A stretch of DNA of 64,000 nt from an uncultured Acidobacteriaceae bacterium (GTDB lineage Bacteria; Acidobacteriota; Terriglobia; Terriglobales; Acidobacteriaceae). Position 1 is the stretch's first letter. Every line of letters starts with the position of its first letter. The stretch covers positions 4,887 to 68,886 of the forward strand of contig CAWBHO010000108.1 in the NCBI GenBank assembly GCA_963788415.1, in the 5' to 3' direction. Position numbers and translations under genes: made by a program. The notes beneath the pieces were generated by a model. That model was not told where the DNA came from. It made no database searches and was given only the letters and a program-made list of their open reading frames with translations. Below are positions 23,513-35,495 of this stretch, in pieces.

Positions 23513-25351
23513 TTAGAGCCTGCAGATGAGCAGTTCTCTTTCGTAGATCATCTCGGGCGGAAGATGGTCGTGGAGCAGGATGAACAACTCCTCGTGGCTC
23601 GTCACTTCGTGTTTCCATTGTTCGCGGTCGACGGTCTGCAGGATCTCGAAGGTCTCGCGCGAAAAGTCGAGCCCTTTCCAGTTGATGTCCTCGAAGTAGG
23701 GGGTCCAGCCGATGGGGGTCTCCTTGCCCAGGGCGCGGCCGTGCACGCGGTCGACAATCCACTTCAGCACGCGCATGTTTTCGCTGTAGCCGGGCCAGAG
23801 GAACTTGCCGTTCGCGTCTTTGCGGAACCAGTTTACGTGGAAGATGCGTGGCGTGATGGAAAGCGAACGCTGCATCTTGATCCAGTGCCGGAAATAGTCG
23901 CCCATGTGGTAGCCGCAGAAGGGCAGCATGGCCATCGGATCGCGGCGAACTTTGCCGGTGGCGCCGGTGGAGGCGGCCGTGGTCTCCGAGCCCATGGTGG
24001 CTCCGGTGTAGACTCCGCCCGACCAGTTGAAGGCCTGATAGACGAGCGGCATGGTCGTCGGTCGGCGTCCCCCAAAAACAATGGCCGAGATGGGGACGCC
24101 CTCCGGCGCCTCCCAGTCACAGTCGATGGTTGGGCATTGCGAGGCAGGCGCCGTGAAACGGCTGTTGGCGTGCGCCGCCAGCTTGCCGGTGGCCTTGGCG
24201 ATCTCCGGCGTCCAGTGCTCTCCGCGCCAGTCAATGCACTCGGCCGGGGGCTCATCGGTCATGCCTTCCCACCACACGCCTCCGTCGGGAGTCAGACCGA
24301 CGTTGGTGAAGATGGTGTTCCGGGACAGGGCGGCCATCGCGTTCGGATTCGTCTTGACCGATGTGCCGGGAGCCACGCCGAAAAACCCCGCCTCGGGATT
24401 GATGGCGCGCAACTGGCCGGTCGAGTCCGGCTTGATCCAGGCGATGTCGTCGCCCACCGTCCAGACCTTCCAACCCTCGAAGCCGGCGGGCGGAATCAGC
24501 ATGGCAAAGTTGGTCTTCCCGCAGGCCGAGGGAAAGGCCGCGGCGACGTAGGTCTTCTCGCTCTTGCCATCGCTGCCGGCCGGCGCCTCGACGCCCAGAA
24601 TCAGCATGTGCTCGGCCATCCAGCCTTCATCGCGGGCGATGTTCGAGGCGATGCGCAGCGCGAAACACTTCTTGCCCAACAGCGCATTGCCGCCGTAACC
24701 GCTCCCATACGACCAGATTTCGCGCGTCTCGGGAAAGTGGATGATGTACTTCTCGTCATTGCAGGGCCAGGGAACGTCCTCCTCACCCGGCTTGAGCGGC
24801 GCCCCGACCGAGTGAAGGCAGGGAATGACCCGCTTCTCGCCCTTGTCGATCTCGGCATAGATCGGCGTGCCGATCCGGGCCATGATGCGCATGTTCAGAA
24901 CAACATAGGCGCTGTCGGTCAGCTGCACGCCGAGCTGTGCCATGGGCGAGCTGACCGGCCCCATCGAAAACGGCAGGACGTACATGGTGCGTCCGCGCAT
25001 GGAGCCCTCGAACAACACCCGCAGCTTCTTGCGCATCACAAACGGGTCTTCCCAGTTATTCGTCGGCCCCGCGTTGTCCTTCGAGAGCGAACAGATGAAG
25101 GTGCGGTCTTCCACCCGCGCCACATCGGTGGGCGAGGAGCGGGCCAGATAGCAGCCCGGCCACTTCGCTTCGTTGAGAGGAATGAAAGTGCCCGCGCGGA
25201 CAAGCTCGTCGCATAGCTCTTCGTACTCTTCCAGGGAACCGTCCACCCAGTGAATTTGCGCAGGCTGGCAAAGCTCAGCCATCTTTTCCACCCAGCGGAT
25301 CAGGTGCTTATTCGTGGTCGGGATCGTCTCTATCAATGATTTCATGGGCAT
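23513..25351 (-). CDS. pckG: Phosphoenolpyruvate carboxykinase (GTP)
   Basis: [69 protein letters not shown]. Confidence 0.96.
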   Translation of the reverse strand: MPMKSLIETIPTTNKHLIRWVEKMAELCQPAQIHWVDGSLEEYEELCDELVRAGTFIPLNEAKWPGCYLARSSPTDVARVEDRTFICSLSKDNAGPTNNWEDPFVMRKKLRVLFEGSMRGRTMYVLPFSMGPVSSPMAQLGVQLTDSAYVVLNMRIMARIGTPIYAEIDKGEKRVIPCLHSVGAPLKPGEEDVPWPCNDEKYIIHFPETREIWSYGSGYGGNALLGKKCFALRIASNIARDEGWMAEHMLILGVEAPAGSDGKSEKTYVAAAFPSACGKTNFAMLIPPAGFEGWKVWTVGDDIAWIKPDSTGQLRAINPEAGFFGVAPGTSVKTNPNAMAALSRNTIFTNVGLTPDGGVWWEGMTDEPPAECIDWRGEHWTPEIAKATGKLAAHANSRFTAPASQCPTIDCDWEAPEGVPISAIVFGGRRPTTMPLVYQAFNWSGGVYTGATMGSETTAASTGATGKVRRDPMAMLPFCGYHMGDYFRHWIKMQRSLSITPRIFHVNWFRKDANGKFLWPGYSENMRVLKWIVDRVHGRALGKETPIGWTPYFEDINWKGLDFSRETFEILQTVDREQWKHEVTSHEELFILLHDHLPPEMIYERELLICRL

Positions 25352-25900
25352 TCCTGAGCTTTCTTTGGGTGCTAAGTTTCAGCCCAGGCGCATCTTAGGT
25401 GCCACATGAGCTGGCGAGCTACGCGAACAAGATCCAAAATGCGGTGGATCTATTGAAACGCGATCATAGTACTCCTAAACAAGGGAATGCGAAAGCGGCT
25501 CTTTCGTCAGCATCGAACCATGACGCACGCCGTGCCGATTCGCAAAGACGCTGAAGGAGACGAAGGTTGTGCAGGCTGCGGGAGTTGAAGCCAGGAACTG
25601 CGGCGCAGTCGCTTCCGCCGCCGTGGAACCAGGAATGGATTTGCCTGTAAAACGCTTCTGCTGGTGCTGTCGGATCGGTCCGATTTGATCGGGCCTGCAT
25701 ATTCTTCAGAGCACAGGTGAATGCCCGTTGCCGAGCATCCACCTGTCCTCGAGCGGAACCGGAGTCACGCGAACCTTTTGAAGTTTTCGCAGGGCCGCCG
25801 TTCCCTGATGGCCGCGTCGACTTGAATGCGGCGGTCTCGGGAACCATCGGCTTCGGTTTCGCTCCTGCTTCCAGGATGCGGCTTGCGCCCGAGCGTCAAC

Positions 25901-27496
25901 TCAATGCGTGGCCGCCGTGCGTGTGCGCTGATCGCTGGTGGCCTGAGATTGCGACTTCATTTCCTGCTCGGCCTGCAGCAGCAGTTGAGTACCAACCGGC
26001 GATCCGAGACCCGAAACCGGGTCCCATCCGATTGCTGCCGAAAACGCGCCGTTGCCGCCCGACGAAATATCCCGGAAGCAGGAAGATTTGTCGACGTTGT
26101 AGAACAAGGGATTGACAAACCCCATGCTGGATTGGAGTTTCTGGCCAAGCAAGGCAACCAGTCCCGCACAAAGAGGGGCCACCGCGCTGGTTCCTCCCGC
26201 GACCATCTGTTGCCCATCCACCAGAATCTTGTAGCCGGTGTTGGGGTCGGCGTTGCCGGAGACGTCGGGAACGCCGCGCTTGGAGTTGGACGAGGCGTTC
26301 ACCTGCCAGTCCGGGCGCGCAAACACGGCGCTGTATCCGCCTCCCGTTGTTCCACCCAGCGTCCCGTCATTCCACGCCGTCTCGCCGACGATCACGCCTT
26401 TGGCCGTCAACAGCCGCGTCCCTCCGGCCGCCAGCACATAGGGGCACGAGGCTGGAAAGTCCACGTGCTGCTGCCCGTCCATTCGTCCATCGCTCGATCC
26501 GTCGTCGCCGCAGGCCGCGATCACGGTGATGCCCAGCAGCGAGGCTTCCTGGGCCACGTCGGCGAAGCACTCGATTGACTGCGCCGTCCAATTGGCCTCG
26601 GGGTTGCCCCAGCCGATCGAAATGATTCGCGGCTTGCGCAGTTGATCGTGAACCGCCATGCTCAGCGCATCCTGAAATCCACGGTCCGTATTGGGCGCGA
26701 AGTAGGCTACGATCGTCGCTCCCGGCGCTACCGCACCAGCCACCTCGATGCCCAGCATCACCTCCCCGTCGGCGCTGTGCGCGGTGGTCGGGCGGTTCTT
26801 CGCCTGGTCGACCGATGCGGTTTTGACCTGCGGCGGCTGGACCCCTAGAGATTGGAAGTACTCCTGGACATCGGCCGGGCGATAGCCGCCTCCCAGCTCG
26901 ATCAGGCCTATCACCTGACTGGAGCAGTTGATTTCCTGTGGAAACTCATAGAGCTTTGCCACCTCCGCAGGAGTATAGGCCGTGGTTGAGGCGCGTGCGC
27001 CGAAAGGGCCCCCTGTTGCGCGATAGCGGAAGTGCGGCTGGGCCGCGGGCCGGTCGTCCAGACCGAAGACGCCCTGGACCACGGGAACCAGATCTTCGGG
27101 AATTTGGATCATGCTCGTGCGCCCGCGATAGGCGCCGTCCGGATGGTCAATGTCGATCAGTTCGACGCCAAATGCCTTCTCCATCTTGGCTGCGGTTCCG
27201 GCCAGGGTTACGGTACGGCGCAGAATTTCGTCTCCACGCTCCAATACTTGCAGCTTGTATTCGTTGGCGAACTTGCGAATCATGTCAATGTGAGCCGGAT
27301 CGGCCCCATATTGCGCGGCAAACTCGCTGTGGTTCATTTGTTTGCCGATGGATGCGGGCGTCGGTAGCGGCTGGCGATGCCGAAGGATGACCGAGACTTC
27401 GACGAGTTGATGCGGATCGGTGGGGCCAATGGCACGCTCACCCTGTAGCTGGACGCGATCGCTGCCCTTCAGGGCAAACTTTCTTGAATTCGACAT
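25901..27496 (-). CDS. S53 (kumamolisin-like) peptidase with propeptide
   Basis: IGLIELGGG, DGEVMLGIEV, GDDG, DFPASCPYV, GVPDV, GGTSAVAP, WDPVSGLGSP. Confidence 0.9.
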   Translation of the reverse strand: MSNSRKFALKGSDRVQLQGERAIGPTDPHQLVEVSVILRHRQPLPTPASIGKQMNHSEFAAQYGADPAHIDMIRKFANEYKLQVLERGDEILRRTVTLAGTAAKMEKAFGVELIDIDHPDGAYRGRTSMIQIPEDLVPVVQGVFGLDDRPAAQPHFRYRATGGPFGARASTTAYTPAEVAKLYEFPQEINCSSQVIGLIELGGGYRPADVQEYFQSLGVQPPQVKTASVDQAKNRPTTAHSADGEVMLGIEVAGAVAPGATIVAYFAPNTDRGFQDALSMAVHDQLRKPRIISIGWGNPEANWTAQSIECFADVAQEASLLGITVIAACGDDGSSDGRMDGQQHVDFPASCPYVLAAGGTRLLTAKGVIVGETAWNDGTLGGTTGGGYSAVFARPDWQVNASSNSKRGVPDVSGNADPNTGYKILVDGQQMVAGGTSAVAPLCAGLVALLGQKLQSSMGFVNPLFYNVDKSSCFRDISSGGNGAFSAAIGWDPVSGLGSPVGTQLLLQAEQEMKSQSQATSDQRTRTAATH

Positions 27497-28177
27497 GGTC
27501 TGCTCCTTTTTCTGCTCAGGTTTCCCGGTGGACAATGTGCCAGACAAGCACTCAGTTGGCGAGAGATGAGCCGCCCTGCCGGCCCGCCCATCGAAGTCGC
27601 CAGCCCCGCTCCGCGCCGAGGGAGGGCGTGGGGCGCACTCCGCTCCACGGCCGGGTGCGATACTTCCCCGGGCAGCAGGATGCGAAGCTGCTTGCTGACG
27701 CAGAATATGGAGAAGTTACGTGCAATTCGTGCACGGCTCAGGCGGGAAATCTCTCAGCAACTCGTGACGGAACTGGCTGACCTCGAACTCCAGGATGCTG
27801 GGGAAGAACACGCACACCCAACTGAGGATTGCGTCCCGGATGCGGAACTGGCAGGAAGAAGAAGCCCTGCAATGAAACTGCCTCCGGGGTCTCGCGCGGC
27901 GCTCGGTCGAATGAAGCGCCACACAATCTATCGACGAATATACTCCCGATTTGTGAAGAGGGAAACGGCATTATTTCGGAAAAAGCGAGACTCTCCGTTC
28001 GATTGCCGCAAAGAGAATGGAACCGGATTTCTTGCCGGCATCAGCGTCAAAACGTCGTTGAGGAGCGCGGCAGGCGAGCTTTGTTCTTGAGGAAAAGGAC
28101 ACTTGAGCAAACCATCACGGCCGACTCCATTTTCCGGAAACCGCAGGACGATGCTCTCATTTTGTCGAGAGACCACA

Positions 28178-28642
28178 CTATGCGGTGTCCCGCGTGCTGA
28201 TCGAAACCTCGCTGAGCGCCGCCCCGCAGGCCGAGCAGAACCGGGCTCCCAGCGGGTTGGTCCGGCGGCAGCGTCCACAAGCGATGAGCGTGCCCGGCTG
28301 CGCGGGCGGCGGCGGCGCGTTCACGGTCACGTTCGGCGGCTGTCCCCAGCCGGGCATCGCAATGCCCAGCATGGAGGCGATTCCCGCCGCCTGGATGGCG
28401 TTGAACTCCCGCACCCGGCCGGGCATGAAAAAGCATTCGATGAGGCCCAGAAACGTGGTGATTCCCGTCCAGAAAAAGCAGCAATAGAGAATTCCCAAGC
28501 CCGTTCTGCGCAGATAAAAGTGATGGACGCCAAAGGTGCCCAGAAACAACGCCAACAGGATTCCCACAACCTCATCGCGGCGCACCGCATCGTATTGCTG
28601 GTAGAAGATCGCCTGCGGATTGGGATACGGTTGACTGCTCAT
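28178..28642 (-). CDS. TM2 (NINE) domain membrane protein with zinc ribbon
   Basis: LLALFLGTFGVHHFYL; CGRC...CSACG. Confidence 0.85.
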   Translation of the reverse strand: MSSQPYPNPQAIFYQQYDAVRRDEVVGILLALFLGTFGVHHFYLRRTGLGILYCCFFWTGITTFLGLIECFFMPGRVREFNAIQAAGIASMLGIAMPGWGQPPNVTVNAPPPPAQPGTLIACGRCRRTNPLGARFCSACGAALSEVSISTRDTA

Positions 28643-28856
28643 GCCGGTTCTCCTTGCACTGCCTCCAGGATACGCAGCCTGCCGCACACTGGTTCCGGCA
28701 ATGGACAAGATTTCTCCGAGTCAGAATTGTCCGCGACGCCTTGGCTCGGTTTGGGGTCTGCGATGGCGATGGCCTCTGCGGGTTTCCTTTGCCGGAGGAA
28801 GAGGAAGTCAGAATTCTATCCGCAACGGCCGGCCCCTGTCGCGCATCCAATCGGAC

Positions 28857-29741
28857 ATGAACGCACACACCCCTTCCGCAGCCGCCAGCGGCACGTTTCT
28901 CATCGGCGGCGACTTGCCCGTCCATCGCCTCGGCTACGGAACCATGCGCCTGGTGGGCGAAGGCGCATGGGGCGAGCCGGCCGACCCCGCCGAAGCCCGC
29001 CGCGTCCTCCGCCGCGCCGTCGAACTGGGCGTTACGCTGATCGACACCGCCGACGCCTACGGTCCGGAGATTGCCGAGCGGTTGATTGCCGAGGCGCTCT
29101 ACCCCTATCCTCCGGGCCTGCTCATCACCACCAAGGGCGGAAACACCCGCCCTGGCCCGGCACGCGCCGAGCCAGTGGGCCGCGCCTGCTATTTGATTCA
29201 ATGTGTAGAAATGAGCCTGCGCCGCCTCAAACTGGAGCGCATCGACCTCTATCAGCTTCACCGCATTGACCCGCGCACGCCGCTCGAAGAGTCGCTGGGA
29301 GCGCTCCAGCGGATGCAGGAGCAGGGAAAGATTGGCCACATCGGCTTAAGCGAGGTCACCGTGGCGGAGATCGAAGAGGCGCGGAAGATCGTCCCCATCG
29401 TCACTGTCCAGAATCGCTACAGTCTGGCCGACCGCCGCCATGAAGAGACGCTGGCCTGGTGCGAACGGGAAGGGATCGGCTTCCTGCCCTGGTATCCGAT
29501 CGCCGCCGGCAAGCTGCTGAAGGCGGACCAGCCCGCGGCGCAGACGCTGGCGCCGGTTGCGGCCCGCTCTTCGGCCACCGCGGCTCAACTTTCGCTCGCC
29601 TGGCTGCTGCATCGTTCGCCGGTGCTTCTGCCCATCCCGGGAACATCGAAGGTCGCGCACCTCGAAGAAAACATTGCCGCAGCCGAGGTGAAGCTCAGCG
29701 CGGAGCAATGGGCCGAGGTGGATCGCGGCTTCAGCGCATGA
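28857..29741 (+). CDS. Aldo/keto reductase
   Basis: LGYGTM, IDTADAYG, TKGG, IDLYQLHR, IGLSEV, PIPGT. Confidence 0.92.
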   Translation: MNAHTPSAAASGTFLIGGDLPVHRLGYGTMRLVGEGAWGEPADPAEARRVLRRAVELGVTLIDTADAYGPEIAERLIAEALYPYPPGLLITTKGGNTRPGPARAEPVGRACYLIQCVEMSLRRLKLERIDLYQLHRIDPRTPLEESLGALQRMQEQGKIGHIGLSEVTVAEIEEARKIVPIVTVQNRYSLADRRHEETLAWCEREGIGFLPWYPIAAGKLLKADQPAAQTLAPVAARSSATAAQLSLAWLLHRSPVLLPIPGTSKVAHLEENIAAAEVKLSAEQWAEVDRGFSA

Positions 29742-30072
29742 GCGGCACAAGCCGGTTGGAGGAAGCCGACTCGCGAAAGATGCGACCGCGGTCTCTGGCA
29801 GCATGAAGATCTACCGATCCGGAAGAGGACGCCGGTCTGCTGACCGGGCGGAAAGCTGGTTTCCGAGGCCGCGCTTCATTGCCCAATGAAACAATCGGGT
29901 GCCGCCGGAGACGCATCCAGCATGGGACGCTTCATGGCCCCGTTCTGGACCCGCGGCCGACGGCCGTTCTACCATGGAGCCTGCAATCGGGCACAGGCGC
30001 TCGCGCAGCGCTCATGGCCAGCGGCCAGCTCGGGATCATGCCGGGAGCCTGGCCAGGGAAGGAAATTGCGGA

Positions 30073-30745
30073 ATGCTGAAAGCGGAGTTGATCGTCAGTC
30101 TGCAGGATCAGGAAACCCGCTCCGGGCACCAGGCGGTTGTGCGCGCCGAAGCGCCGGAAAGCGAGCCGGCGTCAAACCCGCACGCTGACCCAGGCGCCCA
30201 TTGTGACCCAGGCGCGGATTGGCTCGAAGCTGTTCGCAGCCAGCATCTGGCCAACTTCGAGCTCTGGCACATCGAGGACGAGGCGCGGCGGCCGAGCGCA
30301 TCCGACGCCGAACTGGCCGATGTGAAGCGGCGCGTGGACCGCACCAACCAGCGCCGCAACGACCTGGCCGAAGCCCTGGACCGCGCCCTGTTAGCCTGGC
30401 TCGAACCGAGGGGGCTGCCCAATCCGGCCGCCGCGCTGCACTCCGAAACGCCGGGCCTGATGATCGACCGGCTCTCGATCCTGTCGCTGAAGATCTATCA
30501 CACCCGCGAAGAGGCCGAACGCGCCGGCGCGCCTCAAGGCCATGCCGAGCGGAACCTTGCCCGGCTGGCGATTCTCGAAGAGCAGCGCGGAGATCTGGCC
30601 GCCTGCCTGGATGCGTTGTGGCGCGAAATCCTGGCCGGCACAGCGGCGCTTCAAGCTCTACCGCCAATTGAAGATGTACAACGATCCGCTGCTTAACCCG
30701 GCGATTTACCGCAGCCCCGCGCAGGCCAAATCCTCCGTCGGATAG
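30073..30745 (+). CDS. DUF4254-like protein (frameshift near 30645)
   Basis: NFELWHIED, KRRVDRTNQRRND, SETPGLMIDRLSILSLKIYH, FKLYRQLKMYNDP. Confidence 0.75.
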
Positions 30746-30765
30746 CGCTCGCGCGGCGGGCCGCC

Positions 30766-30794
30766 TTGACGCAAGCCGGGGTTGTGCGTATAAA
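30766..30794 (+). promoter_or_regulatory. Sigma70-type promoter
   Basis: TTGACG-N17-TATAAA upstream of TPR-yvcK. Confidence 0.65.
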
Positions 30795-30869
30795 AAGGGC
30801 CTAAGCAGCGCAATTCCCTAGACGCGGGGATTCTGCCGGAGATCATCCGGCAAACCCCTTCAGGAAGGC

Positions 30870-31457
30870 ATGCAAGCTCCCGGCAAGCTCATGATGCAAG
30901 AGGCAAGATCCGTGGCGCACGAACGCAAAAACGAAGCTTCATCCGTCAGGCAAGTCCGCCGCTCCCGCCAACTCGTCGAGGGGTCCGTCCTACCATTCAC
31001 TATCAAGCCGCTCTACAGCTGCTACAACAGGGCAAGGTGGATAAAGCGCTGGCAGCCTTCGAGAAGCTGCTGCCCGCCGCTCCGGTCGAATTGATCGAGC
31101 GGTGCAAGATGTACATCAGCACCTGCCAGCGGCAACTGGAAAAGCACGACCTGACCTTTCTGACGCCCGAAGAGCACTACGACTACGCCGTTTCGCAGTT
31201 GAATACCGGCTACTTCGAAGAGGCGCGCGAACAGTTCAACGCCATTCTGTCGGCTCATCCAGGGGCCGATTATGCTTTCTACGGGCTGGCGCTGCTGGAC
31301 GCGATGACCGGGCGGGCGCAGGATTGCCTCAGAGATCTTGCCCAGGCCATCGACCTGAACCCCAAAAACCGGCTGCAGGCCCGTGTTGACAACGACTTCC
31401 AGAGCATGGCGGACGATCCGCGCTTCACCGAGCTGTTGTATCCCGAGGTTCCACTAA
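30870..31457 (+). CDS. TPR protein (frameshifted; boundaries approximate)
   Basis: TPR helices in ORF 31037; typical end DNDFQSMADDPRF; out-of-frame TAA at 31455. Confidence 0.7.
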
Positions 31458-31466
31458 GGCCGCAGA

Positions 31467-32535
31467 GTGATATTTACCGACACATCGAGCACGGAGCCGC
31501 ACGCGCAGCCGGCTGCGGGGGCCGTTCCCGCCCGGGCGTTGCGCGTGGTGGCCATCGGTGGCGGCACCGGGCTCTCCACGCTGCTGCGCGGGCTGCAGGC
31601 GGCACGTGAGCGCCTCCAGCCAGAATGCCGCAGCGGACGGGGTCATCGCCGACCTGGCCGCCGTGGTCACCGTCACCGACGACGGAGGCTCCAGCGGCCG
31701 TTTGCGCCGCGACTTCAACATGCTGCCTCCGGGCGACCTGCGCAACTGCATGGTGGCGCTCAGCGAAGAAGAAGACCTGCTGGCCCAGCTCTTTGGCCAT
31801 CGCTTCCGCGCGGGCGACGCCCTGGAAGGGCACAACTTCGGCAATCTGTTTGTCGCCGCGCTCACCGAGATTACCGGCGACTTCGGCCACGCCATTCAAC
31901 TGGCGTCGAAGATTCTGGCCACGCGAGGGCGCATCTACCCGGTCACCACGGCCAACGCCACGCTCATGGCCCGCATGGACGACGGTTCCCTGGTGCGCGG
32001 CGAAACCAACATCACCGCCAGCCGCAAGCGTATTGCGGAGCTGATGCTCGATCCGCCTGACGCTGCTCCCTTGCCGGAGACGCTCGAGGCCATCGAACGC
32101 GCCGACCTGATTACCGTGGGGCCGGGCTCGCTCTACACCTCGCTGATCACCAACCTGCTGGTGCAGGGCATTCCTTCCGCGCTGGCGCGGGCTCGCGGCG
32201 TGCGCGTCTACGTCTGCAACCTGATGACCCAAGCCAACGAAAGCCTGAATCTGACCGCATCGCAGCACATTGAGCGGATTTATGACCACACCCGCGCGCC
32301 CATCTTCGACTATGCCCTGGTGAATACCGCGGCCTTTTCGCCGGAGACGCTGGCCCGCTATGCGGCCGAGGGCGCCGCGCCGATCGTTGCCGATATCGAG
32401 CGCATCGAGGCGCTGGGCGTGAAGGCCATCCCCGGCAACTTCGCCAGCGAAGAAAGCGTCGTTCGCCACGCCTCGGGACGGGTGACCGGCGCGCTGCTGG
32501 CGCTGGGCAGCGCGGCGCTGGCCAGCAGAGGCTGA
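31467..32535 (+). CDS. yvcK: YvcK/CofD-like gluconeogenesis factor (frameshift near 31595)
   Basis: VVAIGGGTGLSTLLRGL, VTVTDDGGSSGRLR, PPGDLRNC, GPGSLYTS, CNLMTQ. Confidence 0.88.
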
Positions 32536-32679
32536 GGCCGCGCTTGCCCGGCGGATCATCTGAAAGAAAGAGTCTCGATTCCGGGCCGGCCCTGACGCAC
32601 GACCCGGATCAGCCGCTGCGTCTTTTACGCTTTCCCCGCCGCGGCGCGAGCGGGAGGGGGAAATGCGCGCAAAGATCCA

Positions 32680-33072
32680 TCAATGCTGGCAATTGCAGAA
32701 GCCTGCTGCCGCATCCGGAAGATTTCCGCTGATGTAGGCTGCCACGGCATCGTCCGCCGAGCAGGCGCCGGGCAGAATGACCGGCTTGATTCCGTTGGCC
32801 TGCATGGATTGGGCCGCGCCCGCGCCCATGCCCCCGCACAACATCACTTCGCAGCCGCTTAAAAGATCAAAAATTCCCGCCGGACCTTGCGCCCCCTGCG
32901 AATTTCCGCCTTCGTGATGGCATACGCCCTGATTGTGCGGCGTGTCGCTCGTGGTGCGGAATTCGCGGCCTCGCACCGCGGTTCCTTCGGTATCGAAAAC
33001 CACAAATCCCTTGCTTTGGCCAAAATGTTGTGACAGGGAGATCCCGTCGACGGTGGCAACGGCAATTTTCAT
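32680..33072 (-). CDS. NifB/NifX-family cofactor-binding protein
   Basis: MKIAVAT, ISLSQHFGQSKGF, CGGMGAGA, C-terminal CNCQH. Confidence 0.82.
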   Translation of the reverse strand: MKIAVATVDGISLSQHFGQSKGFVVFDTEGTAVRGREFRTTSDTPHNQGVCHHEGGNSQGAQGPAGIFDLLSGCEVMLCGGMGAGAAQSMQANGIKPVILPGACSADDAVAAYISGNLPDAAAGFCNCQH

Positions 33073-33362
33073 TCTTCCTCCGGTTTAATTCCTGCTAGTT
33101 GCAATATACACCTAGACGGAGCATTTGTAGCCGGCTCGGCCAGGATCGATCATTCCGAAGGACAAGACAGGCGCACGGGATTGGCGCGGCGTGGATTGGG
33201 AACCTTCGACGGAGGCACAACTTGAGAGAACTTTCGGGCAGCATGGAAGTCCTGCGGCGATATTGGAAGGGGCACAAGGCTGAGGTATCCTCCGCGTTGC
33301 GCCCTTTCGCCGGTATAAGAAACTCATGCGGGCTCGAGTCGGAAAACGCAACGGAGACAGAG

Positions 33363-34022
33363 TCAGGCAGAAATCCTGCGACGGATCAAACCCGCTCCAA
33401 AGAGGCCGCAAAGGCCGAGCGCAAGCAGGGAGAAAGTGGAGGGTTCGGGAATCGGACTGGCGCCAGGCACCGACGCGGTGAAGTCCAGCGAATCCAAACC
33501 GGTGAACTCCACCGTGTCCCCGGTGGTTGTCGAGAAGCCCGCGGCATCCTGATAAGCCGCAATTTCAGGACCAGTTACGCTTCCGGTGGTGAAAGGAGCC
33601 GTCAGCGCATAACCCAGCAACGACGGGTCGCTATTGAAGCCGATTGCACTGCCGAAGTCGCTGCTGAACAGGTAAAGAGTCTCGTATGCGCCCGAACCCG
33701 TGTCGCCATTTCCGTTGACCTCGATCGTCACGTCGGTCAGGGTTGTTGTGTAGGAGCCCTCCGTGAATGTGCCGCTGACGCCCTCGTAGAGGGAATATCC
33801 CCCCGATCCAGTGATCGTGGAGGTATCCTCCGCGAAACTGACGGTGAAGGCAGCATCGGTGAAGGTTGCGTTCGTATTTCCGGCGATCGTTCCCGATCCG
33901 GTTCCGCTGAAAGTGTAGTCCAGCGTGTCCGCGCGCGCCGCGCTGGCCGGCAAAAGAATCATCGCCACCGCCAGCGCCATTCGGATCAGCTTTCTATTCT
34001 CTGCAACCCTTGCTGGGAACAT
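33363..34022 (-). CDS. PEP-CTERM sorting-domain protein
   Basis: Signal peptide, Ser/Thr-rich body, IPEPST-hydrophobic-RRR tail; GGAGG RBS. Confidence 0.9.
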   Translation of the reverse strand: MFPARVAENRKLIRMALAVAMILLPASAARADTLDYTFSGTGSGTIAGNTNATFTDAAFTVSFAEDTSTITGSGGYSLYEGVSGTFTEGSYTTTLTDVTIEVNGNGDTGSGAYETLYLFSSDFGSAIGFNSDPSLLGYALTAPFTTGSVTGPEIAAYQDAAGFSTTTGDTVEFTGLDSLDFTASVPGASPIPEPSTFSLLALGLCGLFGAGLIRRRISA

Positions 34023-34476
34023 GTTTTACCTCCTGGATGAAAAGGTTGCTTGCAAATCGTTTTGCAGGCCGCCCGCAGCGGACCGCAGGACGAGGCAGGG
34101 ACATGGGCATAGGTTAAGAACAGTCGGGGCAGACAGGCTCCAAGTCCGCTTCGTGGGGCTGCCATGAATGTCCATGATCCTCACTTTTGGAGCGCCAGGC
34201 GATCAACGGATAGCTCGGGGAAGCACAGATCGAAAAAGCACTTGCCGGGGAAAAGCAATGGCGGCGTTCCATCCCGTTCGCCGCAATTCAATTGCCGAAC
34301 AAAAGTTGCCGAAAAGATTGAATTTGAATACTTTCTGTTTTGCGGGAGCGGTCACTCTGCAACAATTTGCAGAATAAAAGGGAAAAATTCTTCCATGAAG
34401 CAGGCAAACAGAGGACCGCGTGAGAGATAGAGCAAATATGCTATTGGTAATAGAGAAAGAAAAATCCCTCGGTGTA

Positions 34477-34560
34477 TGAAGCCGTGCCCTATCAAAACAA
34501 TGATTTATTCTGCAGCACAATGAGTTTTTCCGCACCTGTGAAGCCGTGCCCTTTCAAAGC
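34477..34560 (+). repeat. Two degenerate R2 half-repeats
   Basis: TGAAGCCGTGCCCT(A/T)TCAAA occurs twice. Confidence 0.6.
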
Positions 34561-34604
34561 CGCTCTACATCACAGTTGCATTTTCTCTGTCCCTGGCTTC
34601 CGCT

Positions 34605-35495
34605 TCATCCCATCCCCGCCACCGGCTGAAAGAGCGTTCCCGCCACGCGCTTGGCGATGCCCACCAACTCGCGCTGGCCGGCAAAGACCTTCACCAGGGG
34701 TGCATTGGAGAACTCCGGCAGGTTGGCCTGCGATCCATTACGCAGCCGCCCGAGAGCCTGGGCGTCGCCGGTGACCGCGGGCATCTCCGGCAACAGGCTG
34801 CGCGGATGGACGCTCCGCATCGCCAGCGCCTCGGCACAGCCGGCCAAGGGCTGAAGCTCATCGAGGGTGTGCGCCTCATCGAGCGTGAAGACCCCGGCCT
34901 GGGTGCGGCGCAGGCTGCTCAGGTGCGCCCCGCAGCCCAGATCCTGGCCCAGTTGATGAGCCACCGCGCGCACATAGCCGCCGGCGCTGATGGTCATCGT
35001 GAAGCTGGCCTCGGCGCCGTCGAGAGCCGAAATTTCAAAGCTGAAAATGTGGACAGGGACGGCTTTCAACTCGACCGGCTTGCCCTCGCGGGCCAGCTTG
35101 TAGGCGGGTTTGCCGGCAATTTTCTTGGCGGAGTAGGGCGGCGGCATCTGCTCCATCACGCCGTGAAAGCGGCTGGCCGCGGCACGAATCGTATCGAGCG
35201 ACAGGGGTGGGTCCAGCAGCGCGGAGCAGTCCGGCCCGGCAGCGACGCCCTCGGCATCATAGGTGTCGGTGGCGAAGCCGAAGCGGATTCGTCCCTCGTA
35301 GCTCTTTTCCGCTGCGGAGAAGTACTGCGCCAGGCGCGTGTATTTGCCCAGCAGCAGAGGCAGAACGCCGGTGGCCATGGGGTCCAGCGTGCCCAGGTGG
35401 CCGATCGAGCGCTCGCCGGTGATCTGGCGCAGCCGGCTCACCACATCGTGGCTGGTCATGCCGGCCGGTTTGTCGATAATCAGAAGTCCGTTCAC
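34605..35495 (-). CDS. truB: tRNA pseudouridine(55) synthase
   Basis: IDKPAGMTSHDVV, GHLGTLDPMATGVL, QMPPPYSAKK, LRRTQAG. Confidence 0.95.
   Translation of the reverse strand: MNGLLIIDKPAGMTSHDVVSRLRQITGERSIGHLGTLDPMATGVLPLLLGKYTRLAQYFSAAEKSYEGRIRFGFATDTYDAEGVAAGPDCSALLDPPLSLDTIRAAASRFHGVMEQMPPPYSAKKIAGKPAYKLAREGKPVELKAVPVHIFSFEISALDGAEASFTMTISAGGYVRAVAHQLGQDLGCGAHLSSLRRTQAGVFTLDEAHTLDELQPLAGCAEALAMRSVHPRSLLPEMPAVTGDAQALGRLRNGSQANLPEFSNAPLVKVFAGQRELVGIAKRVAGTLFQPVAGMG

Noticed and set aside
27566-28090. 174-aa plus-strand ORF
   Set aside because: No motif and no clear RBS; it cannot be supported as a gene
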